Of a DNA stretch of 64,000 nt, positions 38,501 through 51,300 are shown piece by piece; position 1 is the stretch's first letter; each line of letters opens with the position of its first letter. The stretch is from Octopus vulgaris (taxonomy: Eukaryota), in contig OX597815.1 of assembly GCA_951406725.2 (NCBI GenBank), positions 36,208,001 through 36,272,000 of the forward strand. The letters run 5' to 3'. Made by a program: the position numbers and the translations under genes. Under the pieces are notes generated by a model, which saw nothing but the letters and a program-made list of their open reading frames with translations, did no database searches and had not been told where the DNA came from.

Positions 38501-41500
38501 GGAAAATGGTGATATCATATTCATTTGTTTTCACATCCATTTTACCATGCTAACATAGGTTAAAAAATTTATATTAAGACAGTATTTTATAACTAGATTT
38601 TACTGTTGTTAATCCTTACTTTTTTTTTTTCAATCTTATTCCAGGCACCTTCAGCAGAAGACCCAATGACAACGGAAACGACAACAATATCACCACTCAT
38701 GGTTGAGTGATTTCTGAAGAAGTGCAAATGTAAACAAATACAGACACACATGCATACTCCCCCACCTCCACCCTGGCAACACACATACATACGAGTCCAT
38801 ACACAATCAGCTTCTTTCAGTTTTCATTTCCCAAATTCATCCACAAGGCTTCAGACAGCAGCTTGAGGCTACAGTAAAAAGACACCTGTCCCAGCTCCCA
38901 AGAAGTGGGGAAAAAACCTGTAATCATATGATTGGGAAGCAAACTTCTTTTAACCACACAGTAATGCCTGTATAGGCAAGTAATTGATGAAGTACTGAAA
39001 GCAGAATGAGGAGTTAAGTGTGGGTGGGTAAGTATGAGAGAAAGAGAGAGGAAGAGAGAAAGCCATCAAACAGATTACTGGAGCATGAGGTGAACCAATG
39101 TCTCAAACCAGGCAAAAAGTGGAAGAGTTCAACTATCAGGTCATTCCATAAGTTCTGTCCGAATTTTGAATAATGTTATATTTAATTGAAATTTAATCAT
39201 CAATGTCCTTTCCCTGATTATCTATGGCTTCTTTCCATCTATTTACAAGCTTTTTAATCCCATCAATGTAAAACTCTTTTGGTTTCAAAGCGAAGAACTC
39301 TGAAATGTCACTTTCGACCCCCTCCTAGCTTTTGAAAGTTATGTCCCCCAAATGATTCTGTAAACCACGAAACAAATAGTAGTCTGAAGGAGCAAAATCA
39401 GGAGAATAAAAAGGATGAGGAATTTTTTCCCAACCAAGTTCTTCGATCTTCTGCGATGTGATCTTTGTAGTGTGGGGTCGCACATTGTCCTGATGAAACA
39501 TCACTCCTTTTCGATTCACTAAAGCGGGTCTTTTTTCTTCAAAGATTGGTTCAAACACTCTAATTGCTGACAGTAGACTTGAGAATTGATTGTTGCATTA
39601 GGTAGTAACAATTCAAAGTGAATTACTCCTTTGCAATCCCACCAGATAGAGAGAAGAATCTTTTCCCCATAAAGTTCCCTTCTCAGTTGTGGTTGAGCTT
39701 TTTCCCTTTTACCAAACCACTGTTTATGATGTTTAACATTTCGATAGAGGATCCATTTTTCGTCACCAGTCACAAGTCTATCCAAAAAGGATGAAATGAG
39801 TTTGTGAGAATGGAGAGAAGAGCAGATGTCAACTCAGGATTTGTGGTTGCTTTTGAACAATTCACGAGGCACCCAATTTCCAAGTTTAGGACCCTTTCCA
39901 AGTTGTTGAAGATGATGATGAACAGTTGTATAGTTTGAACTAAGCTTTATTGCCAATTCTTCAACTGATAATGCAGGATTCTCTTCAAGTAATGCCTCAA
40001 GGAGCTTATCACCAAACTCAACTGGACATCCTGTTTGATCTTCATCTTTGAGGGTGAAATCTCCACTCCTGAATTTTTCAAACCATCTTCTGCAAGTTCT
40101 TTCATTCAAGCATTTTTTCCCATAAACTGAGTGCATGTTTTGAGTCGCTTCCGCTGCAGAGTTTCCATTTTTGTGCTCTTTGGATACTTCCATGTTAGAA
40201 AGGGTTTTAATCAGAGAAATTTAAATTCTATTATTCTGTAGAATAATATTTAATTAGTTTAAATGTACACAAATGCATAAAAATAATTTTTAATTCCATT
40301 AAAAAAAGGTAAAATCGGACAGAACTTATGGGATGACCTGATAAAAAGGAGGAATGAGAAAGATAAGTGGAGAGTATGATAGACAGTCTAGTGACCTGGT
40401 GTGGATCTTTCAATAAGGAGTTTCACACATGTGGCTATTTAGCTCAAGGCCAGCCTGATCAAGCAAACCTATGATCAAAGGTATTCCAACTGTGAATGTT
40501 CCATCTTTCTGTTGGCCATATTCTATTTAGCACCAAATTACCCAATGTTCCCTTCTTGTTTTAAGACGATAAGACGTAATTTGAAAGAGATTTGACTATT
40601 ATTTCTAGCAGGCTAAGCACCTGTGCAGAGGATCCTCTCATTCAACTAAAAATAATGCTGACTATTGCTCCAGCAGAGTTTGCTTTGATGAAAACAATTA
40701 AACGCTGCCATTGTGTTCTAGGCTGTAAATTATTTCACATCTGTAAAAATGGCAGGTGGTAAAAGCATTAACACAATAAATTCCCACAGCCTCTTTCATA
40801 CATAATTCCAGTGTAATCAACCAGCATAATCTCAACTTCCCTTCTGTTTTTATCTGTTCAGGATAAACTTACTGATAGCTTGCTAAAAAGAAACTGAACA
40901 CATCAGTTGGGTATATTTAGCATTCTGTTTCGTTTCCACTAGCTTAATAAAGCCCTTGAGAGAATGGTAAATAGAGTAGAATGCTGGACAGTATTTAGTT
41001 ATGTTCCTTTACGGTTTGATTTTCCATCTTGTCATGGTTGTCTTCATCTTCATCCCCCTTGGAGTTGTTAAAGTATTACTAATATACTGAGTTTAATTCA
41101 ATAGATTATGTCATCACCTAGAAATGTGAGGTATGTTTTTAAGTGTGGAAAAATGAGCTTAAGTTAATGTTAACATGCTTAAAGAAAAGAAGATCAATAA
41201 CCTAGCCTATATAATGAATTAAAAAAAAAAATCTAAAAACAACTAAAAACAATGTAAATGTCATACTGATTAGTCCTCAGTCAAACTGTCCAACCCATGC
41301 CAGCATGGAAAGTGGACGTTAAACAACGATGATCATGTTATCTTGACAAATATGGGAGACAACTCTGGACATGTTTTGATGTTATTAAACCTTCTCAGCT
41401 AAGTGTTCACTTCACCATACTATCCAAATAAATTACTTTTGGACACCATCCATATGAATAAACATTTATGTAATATTATTAGGGTAGAAACAGCTAACTG

Positions 41501-44500
41501 ACCATACCAGTCTCCTAAAATTTATGTGAATATCAGAAATTACAAATACTTACTTCTCCATTAGGCTGGGTGTAGAACATTTGCAGCTTCATACCATATC
41601 GTTGTATAACATGATGGACCAAGTCTTCATATGGTATCGACCGACTCACTTGGATTGCCCTAAGATACACAGCAATAAATATAAATTCTTTATGAGCAGC
41701 AACAGGAGTAAGAAAGACGCTAAATTACAATAAAATGCACTAGAATACAGTAAATACATGATTAAATGCATACATGGTTGAATGGCTAAGATAATGGATA
41801 ACCAAGTAACTAGTTGGTAGTTATATTATATATTACATATTTATAGTAGAGAGATTTTCTGGTTTAAGTAGTGGTACCACTGCAAAATTAGCAAGTCCTT
41901 CATTTGCTTGTAGTGCTGATGTTAACTCCCGTTGGCTGCCAATCATAAGGTCAGATCTACTCCAAGTGTTTAGTTGTATTTCTGAGCAGAACATTTTATT
42001 CTATATTAGTTCAGTTTACATAGATGTTTGAGGCTGTTAATAGATGGATCTGGGAATGTTATTTATGATAGACTATTAAGGGATTTGCCTCTCAACTACT
42101 TCAAATCATGAAACTGGGAAAATAACTGGTCATTAAAAGATCTGTGGGACTCAGGAGACATTTACACTTAATTTACATTTTATTATTGCTTGAACTTACA
42201 GCTCTCTAAGAAATGACAATAACAATTGTGATGATGAAATGTTACTAAGAATTCTAATTCATAAACTTATGTAGAAAGAGAGAAATACATAAAATAAAAT
42301 GTAAGGTATTCATATATAGGAGACTTACCTCTTTTCTGAATTGTATTCAAACTTAATCTTGAACTCACCATTTTTCTGAAATACAAATAAAAAATTTATT
42401 TTAAAATGTAGTAGTAGTAGAAGTAAAAATAATTCTTTCTACTATAGGCATATAAGACCTGAAATTTTGTGGGAAAGGGCTAGTCAATTACATTGACCCT
42501 AAAACTTGACTGGTACTTATTTTATCAACACTGAAAAAAATGAAACGCAAATTTGACCTCAGAAGAATTTGAACTTGGATGGATGAAATGCCACTAGGTA
42601 TTTTGCCTGGGATGCTAATGATTCTGCCAACTCAGTAATGATGATGACATCAGCAATAATGGTTCCTAATTTAGGCACACAATCAACAATTATGAGGGTA
42701 GTGGGGTTAGTCAATATGATTGTCTTGCCTGGTACTTCATACCAACCTCAGAGGGATAAAAAAATTACCATAGCAAGATTTGAACTTGAAATGTAAAGAC
42801 TCAGAACAAATACTGCAAAGTGTTTTTTCCATATTTTTTTCTGTTTGGAAAACAGTTTCCAATGACTTTTTGTTCCATTTGATTCAAATCTGGTGTATTG
42901 ATGTAGCTTTGTATGCTAATTATGGGAATGAAATTCATATTTGCCATAAATTAATAAATAAGTTGATAGCTTTTAAACTTCACAAATTTTGGGTAATTCT
43001 AGTCAATCACAGATATATTGGTGCCTGTTTCCATAGTAACAAGCCAAGGTGTAGTCTGCTTACCACTGCACAGCTGTTGATTACAACAGCTATGTTCATG
43101 AAATATGTGTGGAGGACCTGCTTTACAGTCCAGTTCAGATTGGTGGTCCTGGGAAGATTGTTGTGATAGATGAAACAGTCTTCTCAAAATGCAATACAAC
43201 TAAGGAAGGGTGCTACATGAGCAGTGGGATTTTGGATGAGTGTGTTGCAAGACCAGACATGTTTTTTTTTATATGGTGTCATGTTGGAATTGCAACACAC
43301 TGGAGGAATGCATATGTCAATTGATTCTTTCAGGAACCATAATTCTCAGTGACTTGCAGAAGGCCTACTCTCACATTTCTGAAACTGGTGGTTATAATTT
43401 TCAGCATAGAACAGTGAACCACAGTATTGAGTTCATTAACTTGAAAGATGGCACCCACACGCAACAGGTGGAAAGCATATGGGTGTTTCTTTTTCTTATT
43501 TGAAAGGGTATGACATGAAGAAGATTTAGCTGTTATTTCTAGCATATCAAACTACTGCATAATGGTTCTCTTTCTGGCACGACATATTGCAAATGCATAT
43601 AGTATCTTTACATCACAGTCACTGGGATTCACACAAGATTATAGTTAAATATTCACTAAGGAGACACCTAGATATCAGGTCCATTATATGCCATCATCTT
43701 GCTATATCTATCTGAAGATCTTGTTAGAAAACTTATACAACTGGAGTATTTATATGAAATATCTCATAAAACTTATCTAAAAACTGCCAAAATATAGATC
43801 TAATAAGTTTAATTAGAGTCAGTGAACCCTTCCGAGTACATAGCAGTTAAATGCAAATCTGTTTATTATTACACAAAGCCATTGTCACTGCATAACTAAC
43901 AACCTCAATGTCTTAAGCCTTTCACAGTTGACAAACCCTTATAATTTGGCCCACATTTACTGCTATGTGGTGTTATTTAATAACTAATACATTACATTCC
44001 AACTTTAAATCCTGCTGTGAATGAGTTACTCTTCTTCATAATCCACAGTGCTAGCAATACTGTGTATAGGTTACAATGTCTAAGCATTTTATATAGTACT
44101 AGCAGTATCGCCCGGCGTTGCTCGGGTTTGTAAGGGAAATAACTATATAAGGATTTTTAGAGAGTTATAGCCAAAAAATAGCAAAAAAATGCATTAAAAA
44201 TGGAAAAAAAAATGATGGTAAATTTTTTTTTAAATCGTTGACTCATCGTAGACATTTTTAGAGAGTTACTTCCCTTATATAATAGCGAAAAAATGCATTA
44301 AAATGGAAAAAAATGATGGTAAATTTTTTTAAATCGTAGACTCATCGTAGATGCGCGCTAATACCCAGAAGGGCTCGATATGAATCACGACTATAACTGC
44401 ACCGCAAAATGTGGGAGTAGTTAGGAATCTAAATCGTAGGAGACAGACACACAACTTACTTTTATATATAAAGATTTTGTACATTTTATATTTTGTTTGT

Positions 44501-44883
44501 ATTTAAGCTTTACTCACAATACCATGTAATGTGGGACAGCATTAGGTCTGCTGTTTGTATTCATTACCTGTAACCATTACCACTGTCTACTGTTAGCCAT
44601 CACTCTCTCTCTTCCATGTTACTCTTCAAACTATCTTGTTATTGTCCGGTGAGACAAGCTAATCCTGTCAAACATTTAACTTTGACAGTCATAAAATTTC
44701 AGCTACTGCTGAAAGACATTCACTGTTGGCATAATTTTTTGAATGTTTAGCAATTCTTTCCCTAACAACATAGCTTGCATGTACAATTTCTTTGAGTGCT
44801 GTCTGCCTTTTAAAGAAGAGTATATTTAGGCCATGTGGGTTTAATTTTTTGTTTTCTAATATCTCCTTTAAATTTATGAAGTC

Positions 44884-44923
<40 letters not shown>

Positions 44924-46084
44924 CAATAAATGGTGGGGTTGTGTTGACCGCACATGGAGAAATGATAGGAGAGGAAAAATTATAATAAGGCAGAATGCTA
45001 AATTGAAAGTAAATTTGGATAAAAATGGAAATTTTCCATACACCCATTTTTATTAAAATTTACTTTCAATTTAGCATTCTGCCTTATTATAATTTTTCCT
45101 CTCCTATATATATATATAGTGTAAACAGAGTTAGCGGTTATAGTAACTAAGGGATAAAATTTTTGTATATACTCTCAGTGTCCATTACCTGTGTTATCCC
45201 CAGGCATTGGTGAGCAGGCACACCATAGATGTAGAGTGCAGATAACAACAGGATTAACAAGAGTTTATCAGGAACCAATGCAAATAATTAGGAAATGGAG
45301 AAAACCACAGATTAACAAACACATCGATTGGACCACATTTATAGCTTATAGACTGCATTTTGGCAAGCGATCAGTAATGGCCGTAGGATATATTATGTCA
45401 CCTATGTTGTTATGTTATGGTCTGTATTAAAAAATTAGGTATAAATGTGGTCCAATTGATGTGTTTGTTAACCTATGGTTTTCTCCATTTTCTAATTATA
45501 TCATCATCATCATTATCATCATCGTTTAGCGTCCGCTTTCTATGCTAGCATGGGTTGGACGGTTCAACTGGGGTCTAGGAAGCCAGAAGGCTGCACCAGG
45601 CCCAGTCTGATCTGGAAAAGTTTCTACGGCTGGATGCCCATGCTAACGCCAACCACTCCATGAGTGTAGTGGGTGCTTTTTACGTGTCAGACGAGTCTGG
45701 CAAACGGCCACGATTGGATGGTGCTTTTTATGTGCCACCGGCACGGGGGCCAGGCGGGGCTGGCAACGGCCACAAACGGATGTTGCTTTTTACGTGCCAC
45801 CAGCATGAGGCCAGTCGGGGCGGCACTGGCAATGGCCACGTTCAGATGGTTCTCTCACGTGCCACCGGCACTGGTATCTCAGCTGCAATTTCCATTGATC
45901 AATTTATATATGTACATGACTCTGAGGCATGTTAAAAATTAGCTGGATGACTAATGATAAATATTAAAAATTTTTTTGATTGGTGTACCCACAAAGCAGC
46001 AGGCATTAATGAGCAGGGGAAATTTGTTGGACATTTAATAGTTATTTCCTTCTGAGACCAGCATCCTCAAACCAGAGAAAGGGG

Positions 46085-46140
<56 letters not shown>

Positions 46141-47053
46141 CAAAAACAAAATTTTGTTAAATTTTATATTTCTCATGAAGTTAGGCAAGTCATTCAGAAA
46201 AGAAAATGGGCCTTGGTTTACCCATGACTGATTTAAATGTTATCTAATAGGTTATATGCTGTGAACTGCTACCTGAAAAATCTTCAGTAACCTGAACAAT
46301 TTATCCAAATCTCAAAAGTTGCAGAGTTCTACAAGTAATTCTAATAATAAGAATTAAGAAGTTACCTGAATGTTGGCATATGCTGCCTTGATTACTTTTT
46401 GGTTACCTAGCCGTAGACTTCTCTCCAGCTCAGTTTTGATGGAGCCCATCACACTTTCAAAATCATCTAAAGTAGAAAAATATACAAATATTGAAGACTC
46501 ATGTTTAATATATGACGGTGATAGCACACAACACATAACCCATTAGTAGTAGCAATTATAACAATGATTCTAACACTGACAACTTACCAGGCCATAAATT
46601 TTGGATGAAGATACACTTGATTAAATTGACCTCAGTAACTATAATTCACTGACTCTGAAACGATGAAATGCCAAGCCAAGTCTGGTGAGGTTCAAACTCA
46701 GAATATAGAGGGTCATTAATATGACAAGAAATTTTATCTGGTACTGTTACCAATTTATTGTCCTTGAACAAATATGGCTAAAGTTGTATCTGAGCAATAC
46801 TAGGGTTAGGACACAAAATGGAAACCAAAAATGTTGTCTTGGCACAACACTAAAGCCTTTTCACTAGAAAGGCATCAAGCTATAGAAACCATATTAAAAC
46901 AGACATGGAACTTGATGCACTCCTCAGATCCTGTGAAACCATCTGACCCATGCCAGCATGGAAGATAGAAGTCAAATGATAATAATGATGATATATATGT
47001 GTACATAACAATACTGGAAATTAGGCATCTAATCAATGTATAAGTTCCACTGG

Positions 47054-47093
<40 letters not shown>

Positions 47094-48366
47094 CAACAAC
47101 AAACAGAAAATTGCACTACTAAGCACTGCCCACATCCAACGCAAAACACTTTCAATACAGTAACCATCAGAGCATCACAACAAAACAGCACATACCCAAA
47201 GCACACAGAGCTGTGCTCGGTAGTGAAGTGAAAGCACAATATAAAAAAAACCCACTGAATAATAATAATAAATCAAAAACATGGAGAAACTATCCAAATA
47301 AAATAATCAAATTGTAGTAGAATCATGATAGCTATTTAAAACACATATGCATACTTTTACATTCACTTTTTTTCCTTATTTCTTGATAGTATTGTAAACT
47401 AAAAAAATATCAAAAATGTACATAGTGATGTACATTTTTGATCTGATCACTGACACAATTCCACCACATGTTATCTCTTTATTCTTGTGGAAATATGTCA
47501 ATAATCAAGTTGTACAAGTAGGGTGAAACTTTTGACACACTATAAAATACAACACTGACAAGAAATAAAATAATATAACATTTATGTGTGTGCTTTAAAC
47601 AGTTATCGTGGCTCTTCCAATTTGAACATAATCTCAGATCAGGTTACTTGCCAAGCAAGTACAATCCTAAAATATCTAAACATAAAAACATGGATATAAA
47701 GAGATATCCAGAATATGGATACTGAAAACAGAAACAATCCCTATGAACATAGATGTTTTATGAATGATAAAACATGGGATGCAGTGAAGTATATAAGCAA
47801 AAGCCCAAGATTTATGCACATACACAAAATACAGTAAATACCAGACTAGGCACTGTATGTTTTACATAGAATACCTTCAGTACAATAGAAGAATAAACTC
47901 AGAACAGTAAGAGAAGAACACATTAAAAAAAACTGAACTAGATATCTATGCATCAAAAAAGGAAGAGTGGATGATCAGGGTTAAAAAGGACTTAGATTAG
48001 GTCTAGGCTAGGGCTAAATAATAATAATAATAATAATGATATTAAATAATGATAATTGCTTCTAGCAAAGGCAGAAGAGCAGAAATTGAGTAAAGAAGGG
48101 GACAGACAATTATATCAACTTTAGTTCTTCATTGGTAGTTATTTATCAACCCTCAAAGGATGAAAGAAAAATTGGTCTCAGTAGGGTTAGAATTCCTTAA
48201 ATTAAGAAAAATAATATTTTCTTTAAAATAATAATTTCTAACATTAAAAATGATTTTAATATTGGCACAGAGCCAATAGTGGAGAAATTCAGTTGAATTC
48301 CATTAAATTACTGGTATCTATTTTACCAATCCTCTTTGGTTAACTTTCCAATCTAGAGTATAAGCA

Positions 48367-48399
<33 letters not shown>

Positions 48400-51300
48400 A
48401 CATTAGGACAAAGCCATAAACTCATATCTTACATATTAATATACAATGGTCCTGAGACTATAATATAATCAGAACTGGTAATGACCATTGTATAATGATG
48501 GCTACAAATCTTTTTAGAGAGTGAATTACTCTTACGATTAACTTAAAAGAATAATAAAGTTAATGCTAAAACATACAATGGAGAGAGCATCAGAAAGTTA
48601 CTGGAAATAATTATGCAGTGAGGAAAACCTAATATTAATCACTGACTAATATTATTTTGGCAATTAAGGTGGTGTGCTGGCTGAATCATTAGCATCCTGG
48701 GCTAAATGTTTAGTAATATATTGTGTCTTAATGTTCTGAGTTCAAATTCCTCCAAGGTCAACTTTGTCTTTCATGCTTTTGGGAGTCAATAAAAAAAGGA
48801 CCAGTTGAGCATTGGGGTTGATATAATAAACTTATCCCACTCTCCATTCCCGAAATTGGTGGCCTTGCACCAAAATTTGAAGCCAATATGATTTTGGCAA
48901 ATACAAGAGACAACTCTGGGCAGGTTTTAGTCTTATTAGATCTTCCCAGCAAAGTAGTAACTGCACAATATTTACCAAAATAGTGATGAGAGATCACTAA
49001 GTAATGGTAACAGCATTGCACATTAGTTAACACAGAAAAATACAACTGTTTAGAGCAGCGTTTCTCAACAGAGGTTCCTTGAGAAAGAATATGAGAAGCT
49101 AATGCCAATTTCATAATCGTAATATATATATATATATATGTATATATGACATTTACCATGTGAACTACAATGAAAAAAAAATGAGAAAAATATGGTATAA
49201 AATTTTCTTTTTTGTGCAGGGGTTTCTGGAGACGTTATTTATTTTAAGGGTTACGCAAGGTTAAAAAGGTTGAGAAACATTGGTTTAGAGCTAAACAATC
49301 TGTATAGTGCTAATATGCATAGAGCATTAAAAAGCTCTCACTAATTATATATTTTGCGATGATTCTAGTGTTACCTCTTATTATTCAGCCCCAAGTTATC
49401 TCTCATCAAACAGACCAATGGTTAATGGCATTATTACTATGATCATCGCATATATTTTAGAGACTGTGTATCTAGATGGTGAGGTGTAATATGATTTGGG
49501 GATTTGGTTGCTTTCGCTAGCAGGTCAACTGATGACCTAGAGCGTTCTTGATTCTTAAAGATGGATCGTACCCAAATAACTTCCAGAAGCCTTAACAGTA
49601 ATCCAAGGGAGGTAACTGAGTTTCAACACTCAGTATTACTATAGAGTAGTGGGACATGAATAGAAATAAATCGGCGTTGGACTATTATAAATGTCTGTGT
49701 TTACTCCCTCTTTATTAGCATTTAGGGAGATCTTATCTTGAACGAAATGCTGTGTTATCGTATGCTGCATTCTCATATATCTGGTACCTAATCTTAACTG
49801 CTAATTGAACTGAGGTATTGTCAGGTAAAAGTGTTCTGTACAGGTATGCACACACTACAGTGAAAATGTCTACAGCTGATTAGAACCCTCAAGCAATGAG
49901 CAAGTAATCCACTAACCCATAATGCTACCTCAGTCAGAGACTGAAGTAAAGAAATAATCAAATAACTTAACCCAAGTACATACACACGCACCTCTGACTC
50001 GTGTGAAGGCAACCTTTATATTCATCGGTTTGCATTGCCACTTGTCTAACTTTCTGATAACTAAACCCTTGATAACCTATTTATAAAGACTTTAGTTATC
50101 TAATATCACAACGTTAAAGGAGATCCTAGGCCTTATCTTCATAAAACTCCTTACCAAACCAGGAAGCTTTTATAGACTAGAATGGACACAATTTTATAAC
50201 AAGAGGTTTTTGCTGCTGCTATGAGCTTACCCTATTCTGGTATGGACCCTAATATGTTGAATTATAGAAGTAAGAATAAAGACATACAGTGTGAAGAGAC
50301 CCTTTAGGATAGATTGATACAGAACAACAGAAGGAACTCTTTAGCATAATCATTGACTACTCCCCTGGTACCTAAGATATGATTTGCAAGCCTAATTGTG
50401 CAAAGAATAAAGAAACAAATGGGGATAATGCTGAGAAGAGGGGACTCTTTTAAATCAGGGATGAGACAAGCTATAGTGTTGATGAATGAACAAAAAGAGA
50501 CGTTGGTGTTGAGAGGACATTTTAATATTGCTGAGAACAAGATCAACCTCTCCAGAGCTGGTGCCTTGACAAAATACATCCAGCATGCTCTGTGATTAGT
50601 AATAGGATGGACATCCAGCTGTTGAAATCATGTCAAAACTAGAATGTGTAATTGATACACAGTTTCTATCTATAAGAGCAGTAATTCCAAATAAGAACTG
50701 ACTCACATCATGACAAGGTCTGGGGCAATAAAAAGCACTCATTCAAGGTGCTACACATAGGATTTGTGATTTTTTTGGGGGAAATGCTGGGGGTGAACCA
50801 AATGATTTTTTTAGGTCTATTTTATGATTCATATTATTATTAGAAGGGTTGTAGTATATCTTATCTTTGAAGTCACTGTTAGCTAGGACATTGTTATATA
50901 TATATAATTTGAGTAAAAGGAAAGAGCCACAAGAGCTAAGTGATATGTATAAATCATAATGTTGTTATAGATTCACTGTTCATTCATAAAAAAAAGTAAA
51001 GCAATGGGCTGTGGTAGAAACCCTAGTTTAGAACTTCTGGCAAAAATCTAGAGTCAGGTTTAAGAAAATGAGTGAAATTTCCAGGTTTTGGTTGCTTATT
51101 TGTTCATCCAGTAATCATGTTTGTTTATCTAACTTGGTGTCAATTGCAGTGAACATGTTTACTGGGCATGTACAGCTGTCTCATATTATTTTTATTTTCT
51201 CAACATGCTTGCTGGGAAAACATGGAAAAATTGCAGGGAAAATGCACATGCCTATGATACTTGCCTGACAAACATAACTACAGATAAGGAAAGTATTTTC

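Noticed and set aside
45670-45870. Short repeats with variable spacers (ggtgctttttacgtgcca) that look CRISPR-like
   Set aside because: These are internal tandem units of SINE family C, seen in several copies; eukaryotic context with no cas genes
49910-49925. ATGG|GTTAGT on the minus strand as an alternative MAP3K start exon (a similar site is at about 61355)
   Set aside because: No convincing upstream acceptor, and the site is next to LINE-derived sequence; 59660-59810 has much stronger signals
50170-50250. FYNKRF...SLPY resembling a Polinton PolB C-terminus
   Set aside because: It needs a frameshift, and the surrounding motifs fit a LINE endonuclease better
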